Below are positions 9,294 to 17,815 of a DNA stretch of 61,114 nucleotides, one piece after another. The notes beneath the pieces are model-generated. The model saw only the letters and a program-made list of their open reading frames with translations, was not told where the DNA came from and did not search any database. The stretch is from a bacterium. GTDB taxonomy: Bacteria; Desulfobacterota; DSWW01. Made by a program: the position numbers and the translations under genes. How positions within the stretch are numbered: position 1 is the stretch's first letter; the number at the start of each line of letters is the position of its first letter. Location: NCBI GenBank assembly GCA_040756235.1, contig JBFLZG010000138.1:1-61114 (forward strand), written 5' to 3'.

Positions 9294-9904
9294 GGGCGGG
9301 CCCCTCCTTCGGGCCTGGCCACCAAAAGGATGCCGCGAAAGCCTTCCTGCTTTTCGAGCACATCCTTTGTCCTCGCAGCAGCGCCGCCGTCCGGGAAGGG
9401 GCCCACGTAGACCCGGTAGTTGGGATCCGAGCCGGCGGGGCCGGAAATGCCCATGAAGGCGGCGTGCCCCTTCCCCCTGAGACTCTGAACGAGCCGTTGC
9501 GCCTTCCCCAGATCCCGGAACGATCCGACCTGGAGGACCTTTTCTTCCACTGGAGCCGTCCCCGAGACGGCTGCTGCTGCCGGTTCGTCGCTCGCCTCCG
9601 AGGCGTCGGATTTCTTCGGTTCGGCCTTTCCAGGCGCCGCGACCGCAACGGGTCTCGGCGCTGCCGCGGGAGCCGTCTGCGAAAGCGCCTGCGGAAAGGA
9701 GAGCGGCGCCTGTTCCTCTTCGGCGACCATCTTCTCGATCCGCGCAGCCCGTTCGATTTGATCGTTCAGCTCCGACATTCGTCCGACCAGCGTGCCTCCG
9801 TAGAACGAGAGAGCCGAGACCGCACCCCAGCACAACATGAGGCCGACAAACGAAAGAAGAGAAAATCGAACCTGGATGGATCGATTCTGTTGCTCCCGGA
9901 CCAT
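9290..9904 (-). CDS. SPOR domain membrane protein
   Basis: N-terminal TM segment, Ala/Pro linker, LQVGSF...YRVYVGPF. Confidence 0.85.
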   Translation of the reverse strand: MVREQQNRSIQVRFSLLSFVGLMLCWGAVSALSFYGGTLVGRMSELNDQIERAARIEKMVAEEEQAPLSFPQALSQTAPAAAPRPVAVAAPGKAEPKKSDASEASDEPAAAAVSGTAPVEEKVLQVGSFRDLGKAQRLVQSLRGKGHAAFMGISGPAGSDPNYRVYVGPFPDGGAAARTKDVLEKQEGFRGILLVARPEGGARP

Positions 9905-9951
9905 GGAGCCTCTCTCCGCAAAAGGCGAACGAGTCTCGCGAATCGGCGAGG

Positions 9952-9980
9952 ATTTTACAGTAAGGGCTGAGGGGGGTCAA
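9952..9980 (-). promoter_or_regulatory. Sigma70-type promoter for the SPOR-trpE-trpG-alaC run
   Basis: Minus strand TTGACC-N17-TAAAAT. Confidence 0.6.
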
Positions 9981-10165
9981 TTTTCAGGCGTCTCTTGCGG
10001 CGTCTCCTCAGGGCCATACAGCCGGAGCGTCCGGAAAAGGGGAAAGAAGGGGTGCACCGCCGGGGCGCGCACGCGATTTTCTTTGATTCGATCTGTTGGC
10101 TCTGATATGAAAACGCTGGTCCTGGTTCCGCACGCTCCGCGGGGCCGGCGCATCCTCCCTCCGTC

Positions 10166-10348
10166 GAGAGGGCGTCGAACACACCCTCTTCAGAAGAGGC
10201 TGTTGAGAAATGGCCAGATGCAAGGCGGGCGAACTGTTGGGGAATGAGGCCCAGCTCAAGATGGTGGAGGGTGGGGAGCCTGTCCCGGCGAAGGCCGGGC
10301 ACGAAGGATGAGCGCAACGCCGCAGACGGCCGTTTATCGACAGCCTCT
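10166..10348 (+). repeat. Repeat family copy 4 (left-flank hairpin plus full element with inverted internal module)
   Basis: gaggctgttgagaaatggcc...ggccgtttatcgacagcctc; internal ggggagcctgtcccggcgaaggccggg. Confidence 0.9.
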
Positions 10349-10403
10349 CGAAACAGGCCCCTTTCGCGGCGCCCGACAGGCGCCGCCCCGGGAACAGAAT
10401 CGA

Positions 10404-11795
10404 ATGCGGAAGAGGGCCCTCCTCGCATGTTCCGGGATCGGGATCGTCTGGCTCCTGGCCGTCCCATTTGCGCAACCTCAGGATTTCGAGCTCCCCTGGA
10501 GACGGCCGACCGCCCGCGCGGCCTCACTCCTTGCGAACGCCGGTGGCGACGGACAGACGCCGGCCGCTCTCGAGAGGTTCTTCAGCAGAGAAGACATGAA
10601 GAAATGGAAAGGATATCAGCACAAGAAGTTGTGGCTGCACCTGAGCGGTCTCGCGTCGGTGATTCTCTTCTATGCTTTCTTCATTCTCCTGGGTCTCAAC
10701 CGTACGCTGAAACGGCTCGCCCTGGCAGCAGCACAGGCCTGCTACGCAAGCGAGTTTCTGCGCCGTCTGGGAGCTCGTTTTCCCCGGCTCGGCCGGCTGG
10801 CCAGGTTGCCGGAGCGCATTTACGGGGACCCTGAAGGTCTGGTCGTTCTCTCCTACACGCTCGTTTTCGTCTTCATCCTCCATCTGGTCTTCTTTCCGCA
10901 GTCCTTTCTTCGCACCTTCTGGTTCGAGCATCGGTACGGGCTTTCGACCTATTCTCTGGGTCTTTGGCTCCTCGACTGGGCCAAGGGCCTCGCGACCGGG
11001 ACCGCCGTCCTGGGCTGCATGGTTTTCGGAATCTACGGACTCCTGCGGCGAGTGGGAGACAAGTGGTGGATCCTCCTATGGGCGGGCCTTTCGGCGGGGG
11101 TCGCGGGGTACGCCTACGTGGCGCCTTACCGATCCCATATCTACAATGACTTCCGCCCCCTGGAACCGGGCGAGCTACGAGACCGGCTGGAGGAGCTGGC
11201 GAGACGGCAGGAGGTGCCCGTGCAGGAGATCCTGGTCGTGGATGCCAGCCGCAGGACGCGCAAGGTGAACGCCTATTTCTCCGGCTCCGGACCGAGTCAG
11301 CGGATCGTCCTGTACGACACGCTCCTCGATCAGTTTACGCCCGGAGAAATCACCATGATCCTCGCCCACGAAATCGCCCACCGGAAAGAGTCCGGCAAGG
11401 TTCTCTCCTATGTGGTCTTCTCCATTACGGCCTTCGGGATCCTGGGCCTGGCCGGCCGTACCCTGAAGGCCGGCGCGCGACTCCCCAGGCTCCATTACGA
11501 GTCCTCCAGGGACGTGGCCGGCCTTCCCGTGCTCTTCCTCACGTTTTTTCTTCTCTTCCAAGCCCTGAAGCCGGCCAACTCCGTCTGGCAGAGGGCGAGG
11601 GAGCTCCAGGCCGACCTCGAGTCGCTGGAGATGGTCTGTGATCCCGAGGCGTTCATCCGGGCGCATGTCAAGCTGGCCGCCTTGAACTACAGCGACGTCG
11701 ACCCCCATCCGCTGATCGTCTGGCTCTTCTACTCGCACCCGCCCTTCGTGGAAAGGTTGCGCCTGGCCGAGGCTGCGGGCTGCACCCTCGAGTAG
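10404..11795 (+). CDS. M48 (Ste24-like) membrane metallopeptidase
   Basis: DASRRT..VNAYFSG, RIVLYDTL, HEIAH zinc motif, ELQAD and YSHPP. Confidence 0.9.
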   Translation: MRKRALLACSGIGIVWLLAVPFAQPQDFELPWRRPTARAASLLANAGGDGQTPAALERFFSREDMKKWKGYQHKKLWLHLSGLASVILFYAFFILLGLNRTLKRLALAAAQACYASEFLRRLGARFPRLGRLARLPERIYGDPEGLVVLSYTLVFVFILHLVFFPQSFLRTFWFEHRYGLSTYSLGLWLLDWAKGLATGTAVLGCMVFGIYGLLRRVGDKWWILLWAGLSAGVAGYAYVAPYRSHIYNDFRPLEPGELRDRLEELARRQEVPVQEILVVDASRRTRKVNAYFSGSGPSQRIVLYDTLLDQFTPGEITMILAHEIAHRKESGKVLSYVVFSITAFGILGLAGRTLKAGARLPRLHYESSRDVAGLPVLFLTFFLLFQALKPANSVWQRARELQADLESLEMVCDPEAFIRAHVKLAALNYSDVDPHPLIVWLFYSHPPFVERLRLAEAAGCTLE

Positions 11796-11882
11796 CGCCT
11801 CGTGCGGTTGCATTCGGGCTCGAAAGAGCTTAATGTGAAAGGATCTTTTTGAGCCCAGAGCGAGGACGAGGACGGCTGCCAG

Positions 11883-12875
11883 ATGACGGCAAAACGGGAG
11901 GAGGAATCTCCGAGAGTCGATGAGCAGGTGCCGGCCGAATCTGCCGCGGCCGGTGTTCCCGAGACAAGCCGAGGCTGGGCCGACTCGGGGGCGGCCCTCG
12001 CCAGGCCGAGTGCGCTTCAGCTGTATCTGTCCAAGATCAGCCAATATCCCATTCTCACCCCGGAGCAGGAGCACGAGCTGGCGGTCCGCTACGCCGAGAC
12101 CGGCGACCGGGACGCTGCCTTCAAGCTGGTCACCTCCAACCTGCGGCTCGTGGTGAAGATCTCCCTCGACTTTCAGAGAGCCTGGATGAACAACCTCCTG
12201 GACCTCATCCAGGAAGGAAACGTCGGCCTCATGCAGGCCGTCAATAAGTTCGATCCCTACCGGGGCGTCCGGTTGACGTCCTACTCCTCCTACTGGATCA
12301 AGGCCTATGTTCTCAAGTTCATTCTCGACAATTGGAGGCTCGTGCGCATCGGCAAGACCCAGGCGGAGCGCAAGCTCTTTTTCAAGCTCTACAAGGAAAA
12401 GCAGAAGCTGGACCAGCTGGGATTCGAGCCGGGCCCGAGGCTCATCGCCGAGCGCCTTCAGGTCAAGGAGAAGGACGTCATCGAAATGGACCAGCGCCTC
12501 GGCGCCTGGGAAGTCTCCCTGGAAAAGCCGATCAGGGCCGACAACTCATCCACCACGCCCAAAGACCTGCTGCCTGCGCCCGCGAGACCCCTGGATGAGA
12601 GGCTCGGAGACGATCAACTCAGGCAGTTGATCCAGGAAAAGATCCAGGAGTTCCGCAAGACGCTGAAAGGGAGGGATCGGGAGATCCTGGAAGAGCGCCT
12701 CCTCACGGACCAACCCCTGACGCTCCAGGAGCTCGGCGACCGCTACGGCATCACCAAAGAAAGAACGAGGCAGATCGAGAGCCGTCTGCTCGCAAAGATC
12801 CGCCACTACCTCGTGCAGGAGATCCCGGACGCAGAGGAGTTGATTCCCGACCTGCTAGCCGGCCTTTCCTCCTGA
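11883..12875 (+). CDS. rpoH: RNA polymerase sigma-32 family factor
   Basis: SNLRLVV, DLIQEGNVGLM, RpoH-box-like QAERKLFFKL, and region 4 TLQELG...ERTRQIE. Confidence 0.9.
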   Translation: MTAKREEESPRVDEQVPAESAAAGVPETSRGWADSGAALARPSALQLYLSKISQYPILTPEQEHELAVRYAETGDRDAAFKLVTSNLRLVVKISLDFQRAWMNNLLDLIQEGNVGLMQAVNKFDPYRGVRLTSYSSYWIKAYVLKFILDNWRLVRIGKTQAERKLFFKLYKEKQKLDQLGFEPGPRLIAERLQVKEKDVIEMDQRLGAWEVSLEKPIRADNSSTTPKDLLPAPARPLDERLGDDQLRQLIQEKIQEFRKTLKGRDREILEERLLTDQPLTLQELGDRYGITKERTRQIESRLLAKIRHYLVQEIPDAEELIPDLLAGLSS

Positions 12876-13139
12876 GGGTTTCGAAAAACACCCTCCTGGG
12901 AGGCTGGTGAGAAATGCCCGGATGCAAGGCGCGCGACCATTCCGCAGGACAGCGGAATTGGGCGCATCCTCCGCCAGGAGGATGCGCCCGAAGGGCGAGC
13001 GCCATGGACGGCGCCAAATCCCGAGGAATGAGGCGTAAGTGGGAGTCACGGTGGACCCGGCCTTCGCCGGGGCAGGCTCTCCCGCCTCCATGCCGCGCCA
13101 TGAGCGCAACGTCGCAGCTGGGCGTTTATCGACAGCCTC
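12875..13139 (+). repeat. Repeat family copy 5 (longest; left-flank hairpin and extra internal hairpins)
   Basis: gaggctggtgagaaatgccc...gggcgtttatcgacagcctc; contains gggcgcatcctccgccaggaggatgcgccc and cccggccttcgccgggg. Confidence 0.9.
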
Positions 13140-13145
13140 GGAGAA

Positions 13146-14222
13146 TCAGGGTTTCTCCGGGACCGGCGCCGGAAGGGCCGGAGCTTCTTCCCCGCCCTCC
13201 GCGTCGTCTTCGGTCCCGGCAGGCACAGAAGAGACGTCCGTCGAAGCCGGTTGCACGGACTGCCCCTGGCCCGCCGGCGCGGGCGGCGCCTGGGCCGCAG
13301 CCGCTTCCTCCTTGAGGAAGGCCTCGTCGATTTCAACCGTGGTCTTGCCGCGCAGCTCGCCGGCCAGTGTTTGCCGGATCTCCCGCGTCTTCTGGGACTT
13401 CAGCACGCGCACCACCCTGTCCCGAACCTCCTCGAGAGGCTGTTCCTTGGCCGGCTGCCGATCCATCAGCTGGATGACGTGATAGCCGAACTTGGTGCGG
13501 ACGATTTCGCTCACATCGCCCGCGTTGGCCAGAGAGAACGCTGCTTCCTCGAATTCTGGCGGCATCCGGCCCCGCGAAAAATAGCCGAGGTCTCCGGCAC
13601 GGAGAGGATCCGGCGCGTCCGAATACTTTTTGGCCAGCGCCACGAAATCCTCCCCTGCCTTGGCCTTCACCTGGGCTTCCTTTGCCTTGGCCTGCGCTTC
13701 TTTCTCCTTCTCTGGACCGGCATTCGGCGGGACGAGGATCAGGATCTGACGGGCGTGGATCCGTTCCTTCTGCGTAAACTGCTCCTTGTTCTTCTCGTAA
13801 TAGGCCGCGACCTCGGACTCGTCCACCGCCGCTTTCTCTTCGGCCACGACCTGGTAGAGTTTCTCGGTCAACAATCGGTTCCGATATTTCTCCACTTTCG
13901 ACCGGATGTCCTCGTCCCGCTCCAGCCCCCGCTTCCTGGCCTCCTGCAGGAGCACCGATTCATCGATCATTCTTTCGAGCCGCTTGCGCTTCTGCTCCCC
14001 TGTCTGCATCTGCTTCTTGGTGAATTCGGGCAGGGAGGACAGCTCCTTTTCGAAATCCTGCTGCGTGATGACCTCCCCTCCGACCTTGGCAAGAACGGCT
14101 CCCTCTGACTTGTGCCCTTTCGGGGCATGCCCGGACGAGTCTCCCGGCGTCGTCCGCTCACAAGCTGCAAAGAGAAAAACGCCCAGGATCGCGGCGGCAA
14201 CCGCCATTCGCTCGGTTCGCAT
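13146..14222 (-). CDS. PpiC/parvulin peptidyl-prolyl isomerase, probable lipoprotein (PrsA/SurA-like)
   Basis: Lipobox LFAAC; HARQIL, FVALAKKYS, GDLGYF and TKFGYHVI. Confidence 0.9.
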   Translation of the reverse strand: MRTERMAVAAAILGVFLFAACERTTPGDSSGHAPKGHKSEGAVLAKVGGEVITQQDFEKELSSLPEFTKKQMQTGEQKRKRLERMIDESVLLQEARKRGLERDEDIRSKVEKYRNRLLTEKLYQVVAEEKAAVDESEVAAYYEKNKEQFTQKERIHARQILILVPPNAGPEKEKEAQAKAKEAQVKAKAGEDFVALAKKYSDAPDPLRAGDLGYFSRGRMPPEFEEAAFSLANAGDVSEIVRTKFGYHVIQLMDRQPAKEQPLEEVRDRVVRVLKSQKTREIRQTLAGELRGKTTVEIDEAFLKEEAAAAQAPPAPAGQGQSVQPASTDVSSVPAGTEDDAEGGEEAPALPAPVPEKP

Positions 14223-14392
14223 GTTCTTTTCTCCCGACCGTCTGGGTTGAATCCCCGAAGCTCTCCAGGACCCGTGGCCCGTTGAAGATGAAATCTGGTA
14301 GCACAGGCCCCGCTATGAATGCAAGTACTTGCAGATCTACTGGCAGAGCTCGTTTGCCGCAGGCGCACGCAACCCGCCGCACCGGCGCTTCT

Positions 14393-14421
14393 CTTGAAAC
14401 TCATGACCGGCATGCTTACAT
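14393..14421 (+). promoter_or_regulatory. Candidate RpoH-type promoter for the J-domain gene pair
   Basis: CTTGAA-N16-CTTACAT about 30 nt upstream of the ATG at 14452. Confidence 0.45.
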
Positions 14422-14451
14422 TTAGGCGTGGTTTGGGTCGCGAGGGCACAG

Positions 14452-15249
14452 ATGGACAGGACCTCGGAAATCTTGAAGCAGGATCTGTACGGCATTCTGC
14501 AGGTGCCGGAAGACGCCACCGAGGAGCAGATCAAAAAGGCCTTCCGCCGAGCGGCGCTCCTGTCCCATCCGGACAGGAACCTCGGCCGGAAGGAGACCGA
14601 GGAGCGCTTCAAGCAGGCCAGCCACGCGTATTCCATCTTGGGAGATTCCAGGAAGAGACGCCGCTACGATCTGTATCGGGAGCTCGTTTTCTTCTGCGAT
14701 CGCTGGGGGATCCGGCTCGGGCGGAGGAGAGATCGTCTGCTCGAGAGCTTCTTTCTGAAACACGAGCTTCCCGTTGTGGCGGAACATCTCTTGTCTTCGT
14801 TGCGCGACGCGAGGTCCCTGAGAAGGACCGCTCCCCCGGCGGCGTCGAGATGGCCGGTGCTCCTGGTTCTTCGTGTTCTCAAGGCCGTGCACCGGGAGCT
14901 GCGATCGCGCACGGGAGAGCGCGCTGCCTCCCGGCTGGGCGAGAGACCCTTTCGAGCCTCGCTTCTGCGGTCCCTCCACAGAAACGCCGCGGGACGGCGG
15001 AGGCCGCGGAGTCCGGTCTCGCGCCCCCAGGGAGACGTCGAGTGGCCGCTTGCGATTACGTGCGAAGAGGCGGCCGCCGGAAACCGCCTGAACGTTTCCT
15101 TCCTCCAGGATTCGCGCTGGTCGCGCATCGTTCTCAGGGTCCCCGGCGGTGTCCGGACCGGAACGAAGATCCGTCTGCGCGGCAAGGGGAACCGAATCCC
15201 CGGGACCGACAGGAGGGGAGACCTCTACCTCAAGGTTACGATCCACTGA
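14452..15249 (+). CDS. J-domain protein with single DnaJ C-terminal subdomain
   Basis: DLYGILQV, HPDRN, AYSILGD and RLRGKG...GDLYL. Confidence 0.8.
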   Translation: MDRTSEILKQDLYGILQVPEDATEEQIKKAFRRAALLSHPDRNLGRKETEERFKQASHAYSILGDSRKRRRYDLYRELVFFCDRWGIRLGRRRDRLLESFFLKHELPVVAEHLLSSLRDARSLRRTAPPAASRWPVLLVLRVLKAVHRELRSRTGERAASRLGERPFRASLLRSLHRNAAGRRRPRSPVSRPQGDVEWPLAITCEEAAAGNRLNVSFLQDSRWSRIVLRVPGGVRTGTKIRLRGKGNRIPGTDRRGDLYLKVTIH

Positions 15250-15281
15250 CCCGCGACACTGTTTCCCAGAGGTGATCCGCC

Positions 15282-16262
15282 ATGGCAGCTACAAAGGACT
15301 ACTACCAGGTTCTTGGTGTGGACAGGAACGTCACCGACGCAGCCCTCAAGAAGAAATACCGCCAGCTCGCGCTGAAGTACCACCCGGACCGGAACAAGGG
15401 AGACAAGGCCGCCGAGGAGAAGTTCAAGGAGATCAGCGAAGCGTATGCCGTCCTGAGCGATCCGGAGAAGCGCAAGCAGTATGATACGTTCGGGTCGGCC
15501 GGGTTCCGCCAGCGCTACAGTCAGGAAGACATCTTCCGCGGGTTCGACGTGGGCGACATCCTCAAGGATTTCGGCTTCTCGGGCGAGGATCTGTTCGACA
15601 CTCTCTTCGGCAGGGGAAGGAGGCCCCGGACCAGGAGGGGCCAGCGCACGCAACAGAGCCCGTTCGGGGGCGCAGAGTCCGGTTTCCACGACATCTTTGC
15701 CGGCGGAGGTGGCCGATCTTACGCAGCAGGACCTCAAGCCCAGCCCAGAGGGGCCGACGTCTCGGCCGACGTCTCGGTGTCTCTCGAGGAAGCGGCAAGG
15801 GGCGCCACCAAGACCGTCACCCTGTCTCGCGAGGGCCGGCTAGAGAGCTTTTCGGTCAAGATTCCGGCGGGGATTTCGGATGGCAAGCGACTCCGTCTGG
15901 CCGGCAAGGGTCAGGCCGGGCCCGGTGGCGCGGGCGATCTGTATCTCACGGTGAAGCTGCAGCGACACCCGGTCTTCAAGCGGGAAGAGGACGACCTCTA
16001 CGTCGAAAAAACCATCAAGCTCACCGAAGGACTGCTGGGCACGACCATCGAAGTGCCCACTCTCCTGGAAGGGGCCCGCAAGCTGCGCGTGCCGCCCGGG
16101 ACGTCGCCGGGCTCCCGAATTCGCCTGAAGGGCCTGGGGCTGCCGCGCATGGGCGGGAACGGAAGGGGCGATGAGTACGTGGTGGTCCGGGTGTCTCTGC
16201 CCAAGAATCTCAGCAAGCAACAGAAGAAGCTGGTCGAAGATCTGGCCCGGGAAGGGCTCTAG
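15282..16262 (+). CDS. cbpA: Class B DnaJ/CbpA-like co-chaperone
   Basis: [17 protein letters not shown] region, two CTD subdomains, no zinc finger. Confidence 0.85.
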   Translation: MAATKDYYQVLGVDRNVTDAALKKKYRQLALKYHPDRNKGDKAAEEKFKEISEAYAVLSDPEKRKQYDTFGSAGFRQRYSQEDIFRGFDVGDILKDFGFSGEDLFDTLFGRGRRPRTRRGQRTQQSPFGGAESGFHDIFAGGGGRSYAAGPQAQPRGADVSADVSVSLEEAARGATKTVTLSREGRLESFSVKIPAGISDGKRLRLAGKGQAGPGGAGDLYLTVKLQRHPVFKREEDDLYVEKTIKLTEGLLGTTIEVPTLLEGARKLRVPPGTSPGSRIRLKGLGLPRMGGNGRGDEYVVVRVSLPKNLSKQQKKLVEDLAREGL

Positions 16263-16273
16263 ATTCCCGGGGC

Positions 16274-16370
16274 GAGGCTGGACCCGACCGCGGATTCCCT
16301 CACCAGGCTGCCCCGGGACCCTCCACCCCATGAGCGCAACGCCGCAGAAGGCCGTTTATCGACAGCCTCT
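16274..16370 (+). repeat. Repeat family copy 6 (degenerate left part, intact right end)
   Basis: atgagcgcaacgccgcagaaggccgtttatcgacagcctc at 16330-16369; gaggctg at 16274. Confidence 0.8.
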
Positions 16371-17537
16371 TCAGGAGGCGGTGGCTTGCGGAGAGGTCGA
16401 TCCCGCCACGAGGCGCATCCATTTGCGCGCCCTCTCCCCTTCTTCCCGCTCCATCTCGTCCAGCCACCCCAATATGAGCGGGAAGACCTCCTGCTGACAA
16501 TGCCGGCCGATCAGGAGGTCTCCGTGGCCATAATCCTCCACCTGGCCGTTCTCTTTTCCCAGAATGCACATCCGCTTCTTCGGGGAAGAGACCCGGCCGA
16601 ACACTTCTTCGACGGCTTGCGGGGGCACGAGCGCGTCCCGTGCACCCGCGATGAGAAACAGAGGCCTGCGAATCCGGTGGAAATGCCGCTGGTAGGAATA
16701 GGCGTGATCGAAGGTGCGGAGCTCGCCCGTTCTCATCCAGTCCAGAAACTGGAGCAACTCCCCCCGCGTCACATCGGAGGTCAGGAAGCAGAGTGCCCTG
16801 CGGACGCTCACTGGGTCGACGTTCTCGAGGTTGACCGGACTGTACAGCGGCGGAAAGCGCAGCCGGCCGAGCACCGGCGCCAAGGCGCGCGAAACAAACG
16901 CCAACTCCAGGCCGGGCAGAAGGCTGAGCAGCCTGTAAGCGGCAGATCGATACGGGAGGCGATGTACCGGGTCGATGCGGCCCGGAGAGCCCAGAGCCAC
17001 GCCGGAAGCGATCTCCCTTGCCCGGTCGCCCTGCAGGATCCCGTACAGGATCAGGCCGCCCATGCTGTGGCCGATCCAGTGGACGCGGTCCGCGCCGGTC
17101 TTTGCCCGGACATAGGCAATGGCGGCAGGCCCGTCCTCCCGCACGTACGTGTCGAACGGATGGGGCCTTGCATAATGAAAAAGAGAGTTCCCTCCGTTGC
17201 GCCCGTTCCGTCGGCTCATGCCCCGGCCGCGCACTTCCAGGACCCACACGTCGTAGCCTTCACGGCCGAGGGTGCGTGCCAGAGAGACATCTTCTCCCAG
17301 ATCGAAGTTGAAGCGGTTTGCGGCCAGCCCGTGGCACAGGATCACGGGGAGGGCCCGTCTGACCCCCTGAGGCGGGTACCGGTACAGAGAGATCTTTCCT
17401 CCGTCTGGAGTGGCGACGAGATGGATCTCCTGGTAGCCGGGTTCGAAAGCGTACCTGCTCCGTGAAGCGATTCCGACCCAGTGAAGCAAAGCCCAGAGCA
17501 GGACCGTTGCCGTTGCGGCCGCGATCAGCGTCTCCAT
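16371..17537 (-). CDS. Alpha/beta hydrolase with N-terminal membrane anchor
   Basis: CHGLAAN, GHSMGG nucleophile elbow and DYGHGDL. Confidence 0.85.
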   Translation of the reverse strand: METLIAAATATVLLWALLHWVGIASRSRYAFEPGYQEIHLVATPDGGKISLYRYPPQGVRRALPVILCHGLAANRFNFDLGEDVSLARTLGREGYDVWVLEVRGRGMSRRNGRNGGNSLFHYARPHPFDTYVREDGPAAIAYVRAKTGADRVHWIGHSMGGLILYGILQGDRAREIASGVALGSPGRIDPVHRLPYRSAAYRLLSLLPGLELAFVSRALAPVLGRLRFPPLYSPVNLENVDPVSVRRALCFLTSDVTRGELLQFLDWMRTGELRTFDHAYSYQRHFHRIRRPLFLIAGARDALVPPQAVEEVFGRVSSPKKRMCILGKENGQVEDYGHGDLLIGRHCQQEVFPLILGWLDEMEREEGERARKWMRLVAGSTSPQATAS

Positions 17538-17815
17538 TTCCCCCCCCCGGAGTCAGCAACCGTGCACTGAGACCGTCACACCTGTGGCTCGAAGGTGACG
17601 GCGCCCGCCAGCGTGCCTCTGTCCGGCATCCCGTCATCCATAGCACAGCAGGGCGAGGTTTTCGAGCGGGTGCAACCGGCTCAAGGAGGGCGTGCTCGGG
17701 GTGCGGCTCGGGGCGAACAGGCAGCGTGTGCCGGAGAGGGCTCCGGCGCGGACTTGCCCGCTTCGGTCTGCGGCCGGCAACGGAACGGGGCAACCGAAAA
17801 CCGACAGCTCGACTC

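Noticed and set aside
10404..11795. Eukaryote-like CAAX prenylation system (Ste24, Rce1-like, small GTPase, prenyltransferase; Ste24 ends in CTLE)
   Set aside because: The genes are unlinked and common in bacteria, UbiA enzymes do not prenylate proteins, and MglA has no C-terminal Cys.
14299..14357. CIRCE element or sigma-54 promoter before the J-domain genes
   Set aside because: TAGCAC has no matching second arm at N9; the GG-to-GC spacing in tggcagagctcgtttgc is 12, not 10.
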